This document shows positions 47,516-57,584 of a stretch of DNA of 64,000 bases, in pieces (the stretch's first letter is position 1; each line of letters begins with the position of its first letter). The stretch comes from an uncultured Candidatus Saccharibacteria bacterium (GTDB lineage: Bacteria > Patescibacteriota > Minisyncoccia > Phycocordibacterales > UBA9973), in assembly GCA_964634365.1 (NCBI GenBank), contig CAZWJU010000002.1, positions 103,150 to 167,149 of the forward strand. Reading direction: 5' to 3'. The translations under genes were made by a program, and so were the position numbers. Under the pieces are notes generated by a model. It was given only the letters and a program-made list of their open reading frames with translations. It was not told the DNA's origin and searched no databases.

Positions 47516-48919
47516 TTACCAAGTTACAACAACCATTCCTTTTGCTCCATCTGCACCCGCAGAAGTAGATCCCCCTCCATCACAATCCGGGCTTCGGTCA
47601 TATGTACCTCCACCTCCGCCTCCGCCAGGAATATTACCAACCTTAGCAGTTGCACCTAATATTTGTGGCAAACCTCCAGCGCCACCACTTGGCGCATCAC
47701 CACCTTTACCACCGAAACCTTGTTTTTCATAATTTCCTCCTCCGCTTTTATTTAAACATGCATATGCTTCAGATTGTTCGGACTGACCACCTATTATTGA
47801 ATATCCTGTAACTGTTTTACCATTTATAGTACCAGATACTGCATTCACTCCTCTTGATGCATTTGTTAGATATGCACTACTATGTAAGCCATTTTCTGCT
47901 CCATATCCTCCCGCAGCTTTAATAGTAACCCCTCCACCAATCACACTACTCTGTTCTCCCGGGGCACCATCATAAGTTGTTATACCCCCCACTGTCTTAC
48001 CACCAAGACCACCTGTTCCTACTACTACAGTGTACTCATTTGCAGTATTATTCTCTGGTAATATCGCAACAGTGTAACTTCCAGCTGCTCCTCCGCCTCC
48101 GCCAGCGCCAGCGCCAGAATCTGTAAAGGCTCCACCTCCACCTCCACCCCAAACTTCTATCATTACAGGCACTCCATAAGGAATATCGTTACCGTAGAGA
48201 GTTCCATCAGAAGTGAAAACTTTCATACCATGCTCATCTGCAGGACCAGAAACAGTTATACCGACACTTCTAGTAACACCTCCACACTCTAAGTTTAATA
48301 ACTTATAACCATTTGTCGCAAAGTTAATTATTTCAACACCTGAACCTGCTTTTGTACCTGACCATAAAATCGGCAAACCACTTGCAGTACAAGAAGCACT
48401 ATCTGAAGACCATGTTACCGTAACACCAGTAACTCCGGGATATAGATCATTTGGATAATATGTATTTGTTGCTCCGTCAGCTAAAAATACAAAATCGTCT
48501 CCGGCGCCATCACAAATTATTAAATTACCATCTGTGCCTGTACAAATTGGCGCAGGATAGGACACGTTTGTTAAGTTATCTTCAAACAACTGGCGAAAAG
48601 CATCCAATCCAACATCTCCATATACAAACAAATTCTTTGGTCCAACAAGACCAAATCCAGAAGGAGTTCCAACTTCTAAATTTCCCCAAAATGAACTAGT
48701 TGATCCGTCTCCTCCACCCAAAAATGCATTTACTGACAATCCTCCGTCTTTTACTTGATCATACGCACCAATATTTACCGGTGCTGCAACGTTACTACCA
48801 GGAGCAGGTGCTGTTGGCCCAACGAAAGCCATAGCATAGTTCATACCCATTGCAACAAACAAACCGAGTACGATTATCTTTGCGGTGCTTATTATTTTTT
48901 TTATAGAATTCTCTTTCAT
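47516..48919 (-). CDS. Secreted Gly-rich protein, hypothetical; possibly pilus- or surface-associated
   Basis: Signal peptide followed by poly-Gly tracts (GGGGGAFTDSGAGAGGGGGAAGS). Confidence 0.5.
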   Translation of the reverse strand: MKENSIKKIISTAKIIVLGLFVAMGMNYAMAFVGPTAPAPGSNVAAPVNIGAYDQVKDGGLSVNAFLGGGDGSTSSFWGNLEVGTPSGFGLVGPKNLFVYGDVGLDAFRQLFEDNLTNVSYPAPICTGTDGNLIICDGAGDDFVFLADGATNTYYPNDLYPGVTGVTVTWSSDSASCTASGLPILWSGTKAGSGVEIINFATNGYKLLNLECGGVTRSVGITVSGPADEHGMKVFTSDGTLYGNDIPYGVPVMIEVWGGGGGGAFTDSGAGAGGGGGAAGSYTVAILPENNTANEYTVVVGTGGLGGKTVGGITTYDGAPGEQSSVIGGGVTIKAAGGYGAENGLHSSAYLTNASRGVNAVSGTINGKTVTGYSIIGGQSEQSEAYACLNKSGGGNYEKQGFGGKGGDAPSGGAGGLPQILGATAKVGNIPGGGGGGGTYDRSPDCDGGGSTSAGADGAKGMVVVTW

Positions 48920-48982
48920 AATTTATTTAAATCTACTAATAATAAAAGTTTTTATATATCTAATATCATATCACAATATATT

Positions 48983-50818
48983 TTATGGATTGATATCTTC
49001 CTGTCTTTGCTCATTAAATATTGGTCTTACTCCACCTGAAGCTGTACACCAAGGATCTACTGCCGGATCACAAGGAGTACAGGTAGGATCAAGGTCTGGA
49101 TCACATCCTGTAGGTGTGCAAGTTTCTCCAATTGGCAAATACCAAACACTTGCAACCTCTGTATCAGAACCGGTATCGTTTTCACACTCTATCTCATATT
49201 CATATGGAGATGTTGATGGGCTGAGTGTTGCCACAGAATCATATCCAGATGCATCACCTCCTGTATCAAAGTTTGCTCCAGATAGAGACTCACAAGATAC
49301 TGCATCACTTGAACTCCAGCTTACATATGGATCAAGACCTGTGACTGATTCAGTACAGCTTCCTGTAAATGTTACTGATGGCTCACCTACTTCTGTTTTG
49401 TTTATGATTACAAGATTAGAACTTACCAATGTTCCGTTTGTAGCAGTACAAGTTATTTTAAAATATGTAGGATCGTTTGGAACATTCATGCCGTATTCAG
49501 TATAGTAAGTTCCCGCAACTGTAGGTACTGCTTCTGCGTCTGCGTCCCATCCTGCAATCACAACTCCAGTTTCATCTGTCTGTGATCCAGTACAAGATAT
49601 AGCTGGATTAAAGTTTGGACTATCTGATTTCCAAGATAGATCTATTTCATAAGGACTAAATACGGACCCTATAGTGTTTGTGGTTCCAGCTATGTATAGA
49701 TCAAGTGGAGGTAACATATTTTCATCAACATTTACAATTGCAGTTGAACTTACAGGAGCGCCTCCATCAGCTGGAAAACATTGTATTGTAAACATATTTA
49801 CACCTGTTCCTGTAACTAAAGGTATACTTTCTTTGTATTCAAACGCTGGAGCCATAGGTGGAAGATTTGATGCTGTGGCATTTATGATCGTACTATTCCA
49901 TGTAGGATTTACCGGAGAAGATGTGGGTATACAATTGTTATATACAGTTCCATCTGGAGAGTTCCAGTTTAGTACCACAGGTCCACTAGGAACTGTAATC
50001 GTATTTGGTAATCCTGTTATAGAAGTAGGCACTGTTGTAGTTGGTACAAACTTGAGACTACCAGTATCGGCGATTGCATTTACATGTACATCTGTAAATT
50101 GAATCCATCCTGTTGCAACAGATCCCCAAGCATAACCACTCAAGACACCTGTTCCTGGGGTATAAGAAACTCCGTAAGCAAAAGGTGATGTGTTTATGCC
50201 TGTAGCAATAAAGTTATGATCATTTGAATCATTCAAACTTATCCATCCATCAAATCCATCAGTAGCGATATCATCTCCAGATAAAACTTTTGCAAAACCT
50301 GCAAGTTCATTTGTCACCAAATCTAATTTAGCGCTACATTGACCTGTTGTACCCGCTGGACATCCAGCGTCAAATTTTACCCAACCATAGTTTTCACTCC
50401 ATGCATTACCAGTCATTAAACCAGTTGCCATGTCTATATTTACACCATAGTCTACAGCGCAACCATAAGGAGCAGTGCTACAGTTAAAAGACAACCATCC
50501 CATACCCCCAGCTTTATCATCTCCGTCTTCTGCTCCTGGAACATCGTCATAAAAAGCTAAGACTTGTTTAGCTAAAATATCTGTAATATTTTTTAAATAA
50601 AAATTATCTATTAGACCTATTTCATCTCCAACCCCACCATCATCTGGATCTCCTGCGTATATTGACCAATCTATATAAGCCTCTCCCCATGCCCAACCAG
50701 AAACATTTTGTCCGGCAGAAGCTGTAACCTGATCTGGCTTGCTTAATCCACCAATACATAGAGCAATCAGCACTAGGCTAAAAATTAGAACGATTTGTTT
50801 TTTAAGTTTATTAAACAT
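48983..50818 (-). CDS. Secreted protein whose N-terminal AW(S/G)E..GW(I/V).F repeat domain is shared with the 1902-3791 product
   Basis: Signal peptide. GWAWGEAYIDW, GNAWSENYGWVKFD and GYAWGSVATGWIQF repeats. Cys-rich C-terminus. Confidence 0.55.
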   Translation of the reverse strand: MFNKLKKQIVLIFSLVLIALCIGGLSKPDQVTASAGQNVSGWAWGEAYIDWSIYAGDPDDGGVGDEIGLIDNFYLKNITDILAKQVLAFYDDVPGAEDGDDKAGGMGWLSFNCSTAPYGCAVDYGVNIDMATGLMTGNAWSENYGWVKFDAGCPAGTTGQCSAKLDLVTNELAGFAKVLSGDDIATDGFDGWISLNDSNDHNFIATGINTSPFAYGVSYTPGTGVLSGYAWGSVATGWIQFTDVHVNAIADTGSLKFVPTTTVPTSITGLPNTITVPSGPVVLNWNSPDGTVYNNCIPTSSPVNPTWNSTIINATASNLPPMAPAFEYKESIPLVTGTGVNMFTIQCFPADGGAPVSSTAIVNVDENMLPPLDLYIAGTTNTIGSVFSPYEIDLSWKSDSPNFNPAISCTGSQTDETGVVIAGWDADAEAVPTVAGTYYTEYGMNVPNDPTYFKITCTATNGTLVSSNLVIINKTEVGEPSVTFTGSCTESVTGLDPYVSWSSSDAVSCESLSGANFDTGGDASGYDSVATLSPSTSPYEYEIECENDTGSDTEVASVWYLPIGETCTPTGCDPDLDPTCTPCDPAVDPWCTASGGVRPIFNEQRQEDINP

Positions 50819-50821
50819 ATT

Positions 50822-51154
50822 TTATTTTTGATTCAAAGCTTCCATAGCTTTTAACTTTTCAAATGTAGAGATTTGAACTGTGCCACTGCCTTCTGCGTTT
50901 GATATTGCATTGTATCTGTCTTCAACTGTTGAAGCTGGTTCACCAGTATTACTAAGTCGCAATAACTCTGCATATCTTGCATCTATAGAATAGGGTTCGA
51001 TTCTGTCTTTTCTGATCAATACTATGTAAACAATAGACAAAAACACAATTACGGAAAGTAGTATATATAGTATGTGTTTATTTCTGTTATGGCTTAAACC
51101 AGGGTAGTTTATTGTAGATTCAATATCCATATTATGTAAATAATAATACCACAA
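50822..51154 (-). CDS. Small membrane protein, hypothetical
   Basis: One TM (ILYILLSVIVFLSIVYIVLI). Confidence 0.45.
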   Translation of the reverse strand: MWYYYLHNMDIESTINYPGLSHNRNKHILYILLSVIVFLSIVYIVLIRKDRIEPYSIDARYAELLRLSNTGEPASTVEDRYNAISNAEGSGTVQISTFEKLKAMEALNQK

Positions 51155-51273
51155 CCTAGTTTTTGAGCTTATTTTAAATAGATTTATGGTGTGGATAACT
51201 AGCTAGACATTTGACATAATCTCTGCTCTAATGTGTTATATAGTGTTTTTTTGAAAAACGAAAATCGTTAAAT

Positions 51274-52566
51274 ATGAGAAAGTTATATACTTTTCTTCTT
51301 ATTTTGGTAGGTTTGGGATTAAATGCCCAAACAGAGGAACTTATCCCATTGGAATATGTTCCCGGAACCATCTATGCACTGTCAGCAGATGAAACTACTG
51401 GCAAGATCATGGTAGGTGGCTCATTTAACGAAAGCGCCGGCTTCCCTTTTGCAAAGTTTGCAATTATGGAAGATGATGTTTTTGTAAATCCAGGAACTGG
51501 ATTGCCTGAAGATGGAAGTGAAGGCATTATGACTTTCGCCAAATCAAAAGGTATCTTGTATTCTGGCTCTGCATCGGATGACCCGACGTGGAGGCTTGCA
51601 AAAAAAGAACCAGCCAACGGAAATTGGGAAGGTACAATTAGTATAGACGGGCCGGTTTACGCGCTCGATACACTTAGCAATGGAAACTTGCTTGTGTTAG
51701 GAGATTTTACAACTCCTTATGCTGGTGCATTTATCTATGACGGAGAAAACGCCCTACCGTTAAACGGTTTTGAGGTAATAGGAACTCCAACCGGAGTAAC
51801 TAAATTTGGCAGTAAATACTTTATCAACTACATCTCGGCGCCTCAGGATTATAAAAACATCTTCATATGGGATGAGACTTGTGAATGCGAGAGTGCAGAC
51901 GAAACAAATCTGCCAACCAACTTTATAGTTTATGCAGTTGAAAAATCAGAAGAAGAAAAACTTTATCTTTCCTTGTGGAATTTTGAAGGAGGCGATAAAG
52001 AATTTTATCAATCTTCTGATGGTATAAACTTTGAAGTAATAGGTGAATTAGATGGCACAGTCATAGGGATAAAATCTCACGGTGAACTCATTTACTTCTA
52101 TGGAGATTTGTTCGAAGTAAACGGAGAGGAGGTCAACCCTATTGTTACCTACGACCCAAATACTAGTGCCTGGGAATCTGTAGGCGGAACAACTTGGGCA
52201 GGAACAGGAGTCGCACGAGCAGTCGATTTCATGGACGATAAATTATATGCGGCCATAGGATCTTGGGTGTTCGTGTATGAATATGAAACTCCAGTAGATA
52301 CTACCGAGGATACTGTAAACATCTCAGTGTTCGATATTGAAAAAAATATCAATATCTACCCGAATCCAACAGCGAACTATGTAACACTCGAATTCGATAA
52401 CGTATTTTCTCAAAATGTGACAATCTACAACTCACTCGGAGAAATTATGTCCTTAATCGAAATTTCACGGTCAGAGGAAAAAATCGTGTTCGATGTTTCT
52501 AGCTTACCAGCTGGAATATATTCGGTAAAATCCGAAGAATTCACTGGAAGATTTCTGAAACTTTAA
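51274..52566 (+). CDS. Secreted beta-propeller-like protein with a Bacteroidetes-type signal peptide and a C-terminal T9SS (Por) sorting domain
   Basis: MRKLYTFLLILVGLGLNAQ. C-terminal IYPNPTANYVTLEF...VTIYNSLGEIMS...FDVSSLPAGIYSVKSEEFTGRFLKL matches the Por_Secre_tail/TIGR04183 pattern. Confidence 0.7.
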   Translation: MRKLYTFLLILVGLGLNAQTEELIPLEYVPGTIYALSADETTGKIMVGGSFNESAGFPFAKFAIMEDDVFVNPGTGLPEDGSEGIMTFAKSKGILYSGSASDDPTWRLAKKEPANGNWEGTISIDGPVYALDTLSNGNLLVLGDFTTPYAGAFIYDGENALPLNGFEVIGTPTGVTKFGSKYFINYISAPQDYKNIFIWDETCECESADETNLPTNFIVYAVEKSEEEKLYLSLWNFEGGDKEFYQSSDGINFEVIGELDGTVIGIKSHGELIYFYGDLFEVNGEEVNPIVTYDPNTSAWESVGGTTWAGTGVARAVDFMDDKLYAAIGSWVFVYEYETPVDTTEDTVNISVFDIEKNINIYPNPTANYVTLEFDNVFSQNVTIYNSLGEIMSLIEISRSEEKIVFDVSSLPAGIYSVKSEEFTGRFLKL

Positions 52567-52814
52567 TTACAACCCCCTTTATAGGGGGTTTTGCTTTGGG
52601 CGAAACCCCGTGAGATATATAAAATAAACTTTTTAAACAAATTTGCAGTAATTATCTCACGGGGTATACTATATATATGTCTACAGAAGAACTCGAAAAA
52701 TTAGCTAGAAAAATAATCTTTGGAACTACAACCGACGAGGAATACGCCCGCTTTATCAAAGAAAGCAAGCGCCTCATAGCCGACGCAGAGGTTGTGTTCG
52801 CTTCTTAAATATAT

Positions 52815-53228
52815 ATGTTTGAAAAACCAGAAATAAATTTAAATAAAGTAGAAAAAATAAACCCAAACGAGGAAGGCTTGTCTTTACTTAGACGAATTCA
52901 CAATCTAAAAAATCGCATCGGAGAACTTCCTCCGGAACTCGCAAATTCAATTAAAGTGATAATCCCTGCGATTGTGTTTATGACTCTTTCTAAAACTGGT
53001 ATGGCTCAAACAACACCAGAGGCAGATACTACTGGAACAAACACAGAACAACCGGGTATTTTCCCATCTTTTGAAGAAGACAAGCCACTTCTAACAGAAG
53101 AGGAAAAAGAAGAAGCCAAAGAAAAAGCCGACGATGTGATAGGTGTCGTCCTAGATGACACAAAGTACGAAGATATGTACGAAGTTGCAAAAGACGTTGT
53201 AAAAATCTTCAAAAAAGATGACGAATAG
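52815..53228 (+). CDS. Hypothetical acidic protein with one TM
   Basis: 137-aa ORF with good coding appearance. Confidence 0.45.
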   Translation: MFEKPEINLNKVEKINPNEEGLSLLRRIHNLKNRIGELPPELANSIKVIIPAIVFMTLSKTGMAQTTPEADTTGTNTEQPGIFPSFEEDKPLLTEEEKEEAKEKADDVIGVVLDDTKYEDMYEVAKDVVKIFKKDDE

Positions 53229-53235
53229 TCTATTT

Positions 53236-53264
53236 GCGCAATACGAAGCTTTGTGGTAATATGT
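53236..53264 (+). promoter_or_regulatory. Candidate sigma70-like promoter upstream of nusA
   Basis: ttgcgc - 17 nt - taatat. Confidence 0.3.
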
Positions 53265-53389
53265 GTGTATTAAGTTCGCTGTCAGCGGGCTTTTTTTAAT
53301 AAAAATTTAATAACAATTTAATATATTGGTTATCTTGTATTTGATTTGGCCCTGCCTATCACCTACAACCTAAAACCTAAAACCTATTT

Positions 53390-54622
53390 ATGTTAGATCT
53401 AAAAGTATTACGTTCAGCTCTTGAACAATTAGAAGAGGAGCGCAAAATTCCAAAAGAAAAAATAATCGAAGCCATAGAACAAGCCCTCGCTGCAGCGTAC
53501 AAAAAAGAGTACGGTAAGCGCGGACAAATTATCCGTTCAAAATTCGACCTAGAAGATGGTACTACTCAATTTTTCCAAGTAAAAAAAGTTGTTGATGAAA
53601 CAACTGTTCGCATAGTACCTGAGGGTACTCCAGAAGATGAAGATGTTGTAGAAGAAGGCGACGAGAGAGTTCGCTACAACGAAGAGCATCATATTTTCTT
53701 AGAAGATGCTCAGAAAATTAAAAAAGGTATAGAGCTCGATGAAGAAATCATATTCCCTCTTGAAACAAAAGATGATTTCGGACGCATTGCAGCACAAACT
53801 GCAAAGCAAGTTATAATCCAGCGCATCCGTGAAGCTGAGAGAGGCTCTATCATGGATGAATATGGAACAAAAGAAGGTGATATCGTATCTGGAATCGTTC
53901 AAAAAATCGAACGAGGTATCGTGTATGTAGACTTCAACCGTGCAACTGGAATACTTCCTTTCGAAGAACAAATCCCAGGCGAACAATACCGTCGCAACGA
54001 ACGTATCAGAGCATACCTATACATGGTAGAAGAGTCTCCACGTGGAATCTCTCTGAAGCTATCACGCACTCATCCAAAATTCTTGTCAAAACTATTTGAA
54101 CTAGAAGCACCAGAAATTGCAAACGGAATAGTAGAGATAAAATCTATAGCTCGTGAAGCTGGAAGTCGCTCAAAAATCGCAGTATTTTCAAACGACGATC
54201 ACGTAGACCCAGTTGGTTCATGTGTTGGTCAGCGCGGTGTTCGTGTAACAACTGTTATGAACGAACTAAATGGCGAAAAAATCGACATCATACCTTGGTC
54301 AAAAGATGCAAAGACTTTAGTTTCAAACTCTCTATCACCTGCAAAAGTACTTGATATTGAAATAGATGAAGACGAACACAAAGCAGTAATAGAAGTTGCC
54401 GATGATCAGCTATCTCTTGCAATCGGTAAAGGTGGACAAAACGTACGCTTGGCTGCAAAACTTACTGGATGGAAAATTGATATCAAAGGTGTAAAAGGTG
54501 AAACTATCGGAAGCTCAGAGGATGAGTCTGACGAAGGCTACATATCTCTAACAGATCTTGGCGCAAAAGAAACTCCTGAAGTTGCAACAGAAGATACGAT
54601 AGAAACAGAAGATTTGGCTTAA
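53390..54622 (+). CDS. nusA: Transcription termination/antitermination factor NusA
   Basis: N-terminal domain, S1 (GDIVSGIVQKIERGIVYVDF) and KH motifs (GSCVGQRGVRV; LAIGKGGQNVRLAAKLTGWKIDI). Confidence 0.9.
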   Translation: MLDLKVLRSALEQLEEERKIPKEKIIEAIEQALAAAYKKEYGKRGQIIRSKFDLEDGTTQFFQVKKVVDETTVRIVPEGTPEDEDVVEEGDERVRYNEEHHIFLEDAQKIKKGIELDEEIIFPLETKDDFGRIAAQTAKQVIIQRIREAERGSIMDEYGTKEGDIVSGIVQKIERGIVYVDFNRATGILPFEEQIPGEQYRRNERIRAYLYMVEESPRGISLKLSRTHPKFLSKLFELEAPEIANGIVEIKSIAREAGSRSKIAVFSNDDHVDPVGSCVGQRGVRVTTVMNELNGEKIDIIPWSKDAKTLVSNSLSPAKVLDIEIDEDEHKAVIEVADDQLSLAIGKGGQNVRLAAKLTGWKIDIKGVKGETIGSSEDESDEGYISLTDLGAKETPEVATEDTIETEDLA

Positions 54623-54665
54623 AGACTATTCCCTATTATCGTTTATTACTAATCAATAAAATATT

Positions 54666-55250
54666 ATGGCAAATATAAACCTACCCCCATCAAAGTTTAT
54701 GTACAATCTGCAACACACTATCCCTTCATTTGCAGATGAAGACAAAGGTATTGTAAACGGACTTGTAGAAATAAACGCAAATTCAATAAACAAATATGAA
54801 TTCATAACTGAAAGCGGACAGCTAAAACTCGACAGAGTCGGATACTCATCGCTCGCATACCCGGTAGCTTATGGACTTATCCCACAAACATGGGATCAAG
54901 ACAACGATTTGATAGATTTCGTAATCGCAAATGTTACAGAGCCACTTGTGCCTGGAACACTCGTAGAATTGCGTGTAATCGGAGTTATGAAATTTGAAGA
55001 CGGAGGAGAGCGTGACGACAAGATCATAACAGTTATCGCCGATGACAAGAGAATGGATCATATAAAGTCTTTTACTGATCTTGGTGAGCACTGGCAAAAA
55101 GAAGTCGAACACTATTTCGAATTCTATAAACACCTAAAGAAGCCTGGTACATGTAAGCCTCTTGGATTCTTCGATAAAGACGAAGCAATCAAAATAATCA
55201 AAGAGTGCCAAGATAGATACAAAACTGATTACGCACCTAAATTAGACTAA
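54666..55250 (+). CDS. ppa: Inorganic pyrophosphatase (family I)
   Basis: YPVAYGLIPQTWDQDNDLIDFVI and VIGVMKFEDGGERDDKII motifs. Confidence 0.85.
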   Translation: MANINLPPSKFMYNLQHTIPSFADEDKGIVNGLVEINANSINKYEFITESGQLKLDRVGYSSLAYPVAYGLIPQTWDQDNDLIDFVIANVTEPLVPGTLVELRVIGVMKFEDGGERDDKIITVIADDKRMDHIKSFTDLGEHWQKEVEHYFEFYKHLKKPGTCKPLGFFDKDEAIKIIKECQDRYKTDYAPKLD

Positions 55251-55264
55251 TAAAAAATAAAAAT

Positions 55265-56329
55265 ATGATTATAAAAGTTACAAAGCTAGAAAAAAGCCAA
55301 GTTGAAATAGAGGGCACTATACCAGAAGAAAAATTGTTGAGCTATGAAAAGAGTATTGTGGATGCAATGCTGAAAGATTTTGAAATACCAGGTTTTCGAA
55401 AAGGTAAAGTCCCTGAAGCAATGTTCCGAAAAGAGATTTCTGATATGACAATCCTAGAAGAAATGGCAGAGCGCGCTATCGGCGATGAGTACCCGAAAAT
55501 ACTAGAGAGTGAAAAGATTGATGCTATTGGCCGCCCTGAAGTCATAATCACAAAACTTGCTCGTGGAAATGCACTCGAATTCAAGATCAAGACTGCAGTA
55601 CTCCCAGAAATAAAACTTCCAGACTACAAAAAGATTGCTCGTGAAGAGATGTCAAAAAGTGAGAGCGTCGATGTAACTACAGAAGAAGTAGACAACGCTC
55701 TACTAGAACTTCGTAAAATGAAAGCTCACCAGGCTTTACATGAAAATATGAAAGAGGGAGAGGAGGCTAGCCACGATCACAATCATGAAGAGCTAAATGA
55801 TGAAAAAAATCTTCCAGAACTAAACGATGAATTTGCAGCTTCACTAGGAGATTTTAAAACAGTCGCAGAGCTTCGTGCAAAAATAGAAGAAAACATGGCT
55901 TTAGAAAAAGCAAACAAAGCTCATGAAAAGAAACGTATCGCTGTTATGGAGAGAATAATCGATGAGGCTAAAATAGATGTTCCAGAAGTATTTATTGAAG
56001 CAGAGCTTCGAAAAATGATGTCTCGTATGGAAATAGATATCGCAAACATGGGTCTAAAAATAGACGACTATCTAGCTCATGTAAAAAAGACTCGCGAAGA
56101 TCTTATGAGTGAATGGAGAAAAGACGCAGAGCGTAGAGCAATCTTAGAATTATCAATAAGTGAGATTGCTAAAATTGAAAATATAAAATCTGAAAAAGAG
56201 GAACTTGATAGAGAAGTGAAAAAACTTCTTGAAAACTATCCAGACGCTGACCCACTTCAAGCAGAATTGTATGTAGACAATGTGCTTAGAAATGAAAAAG
56301 TATTTGTGTTTTTTGAGAATCAAAAGTAG
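55265..56329 (+). CDS. tig: Trigger factor (short form, 354 aa)
   Basis: N-terminal ribosome-binding domain with GFRKGKVP, then a PPIase-like region. Confidence 0.8.
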   Translation: MIIKVTKLEKSQVEIEGTIPEEKLLSYEKSIVDAMLKDFEIPGFRKGKVPEAMFRKEISDMTILEEMAERAIGDEYPKILESEKIDAIGRPEVIITKLARGNALEFKIKTAVLPEIKLPDYKKIAREEMSKSESVDVTTEEVDNALLELRKMKAHQALHENMKEGEEASHDHNHEELNDEKNLPELNDEFAASLGDFKTVAELRAKIEENMALEKANKAHEKKRIAVMERIIDEAKIDVPEVFIEAELRKMMSRMEIDIANMGLKIDDYLAHVKKTREDLMSEWRKDAERRAILELSISEIAKIENIKSEKEELDREVKKLLENYPDADPLQAELYVDNVLRNEKVFVFFENQK

Positions 56330-56335
56330 AATCAG

Positions 56336-56820
56336 TTCGAAAGAAAAAATCCCCTGGAGGGGATTTTTTCTTTTATTTTAAATAAAAATATACAACCCGC
56401 CTCTGGCGGGTTGTATTGTATTTTAAATATTACTTTTTCAAAAAAGTAATGCAAAAACTTCTTTGCATGTATCAAGAAAGACACTCACAAAACTCGGACT
56501 CACTAAAAGTATTAACTCGGCCACTACCTCAAACAGAATACTTTTTCCTGTCGGAACGTTCGTCCTTGTTTGTTCGTGTATATTTCTTGAAACAAGGCAA
56601 AGCTAGGGCCCAAATATAACCAATCCATACTTTTAAAAAGTCTTGCGCAAGGTCGACGGGCCGAGCAGAGCAATTCGCTAGCAAGCGAATATGCGTGCTT
56701 TTTAAAAGTTATGGATAAAATAAAGTTTTCCGGAAATTGGACTTTGGGTAGCCAATAAAAAAGATGAAGTTGTTTTGAAAAAGTAATGATTAAAAAAATG
56801 AACCCCGCCAGAGGCGAGTT
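56336..56820 (+). repeat. Copy C of the structured element. It carries terminal inverted repeats; the 3' end mirrors the 5' hairpin region.
   Basis: The 5' end cccgcctctggcggg...attactttttcaaaaaagtaat and the 3' end gaaaaagtaatgattaaaaaaatgaaccccgccagaggcg are mutually reverse-complementary. Confidence 0.75.
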
Positions 56821-56864
56821 ATTATTAACTATTCCCTTATCCCTTATCACTATTCCCTAAAATA

Positions 56865-56905
56865 AAAACCCCGTAGATTACTCTACGGGGCCGGGCTGGC
56901 AAAAG
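56865..56905 (-). terminator. Rho-independent terminator for the lipoprotein gene
   Basis: On the minus strand: ccccgtagagtaatctacgggg followed by tttttatttt. Confidence 0.6.
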
Positions 56906-56918
56906 CCCTAACCAAATA

Positions 56919-57584
56919 TTATTCTCCGGCGTCCACTGACGGCTCCGGACTCGATGCATCTACCACATCTCCGAGATTGGTTGTGGTCTCTGAAACCACT
57001 TTTCCTTTCTCTTTGATGATGGTGATTACCTCGTAATCCTTTGCCGTGAAGCAAGGGTGGAGATCTTTGGCTGCAATCTCCTTCTTTGCCGGCTTCGGCT
57101 CATCCTTTACTACAGGAGCCGGTTCAACTTTTTTTACCGGTGCCGGGTTTTCAACCACAGGAGCGGGAGGAGTTGATTCCTCCTTTTCGCAATCACACGG
57201 AGCGGGCTCCGTTTTTGTGATCACTCCGAACTCTACGATTTCAAACTCTGTGTGCTGGCCGTTGTACCATATTGGATGGATTAGACGCACCTTAACCCAA
57301 ACCCTGTTGTGGTTAGCAACAAGATTATTAAGTTTGGTGGCACGATCTTTGTCTTCATCCTCCATACGGGCATAACTTACTTTATTGTCCCCGCACAACT
57401 TAAATGGCATACTCAGCTCATCAAATGCAATTCCGTACATTTCACCGGAAAAATTAGCAATATTAGCATTTGATGTTGAGGGCTGATTATTCATTTCTGC
57501 AGAATCCCTTTTACCGGAATCCCCACAAGAGGTCAGCACAGCCATAAATAAAACAGTAAATAAAGAAATGAAACCTATCTTCAT
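56919..57584 (-). CDS. Lipoprotein with a Pro-rich linker. Hypothetical. Markedly higher GC than its surroundings.
   Basis: Lipobox LTSCG. Local GC about 48% against about 35% for the neighbourhood. Inserted between tig and clpP. Confidence 0.6.
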   Translation of the reverse strand: MKIGFISLFTVLFMAVLTSCGDSGKRDSAEMNNQPSTSNANIANFSGEMYGIAFDELSMPFKLCGDNKVSYARMEDEDKDRATKLNNLVANHNRVWVKVRLIHPIWYNGQHTEFEIVEFGVITKTEPAPCDCEKEESTPPAPVVENPAPVKKVEPAPVVKDEPKPAKKEIAAKDLHPCFTAKDYEVITIIKEKGKVVSETTTNLGDVVDASSPEPSVDAGE

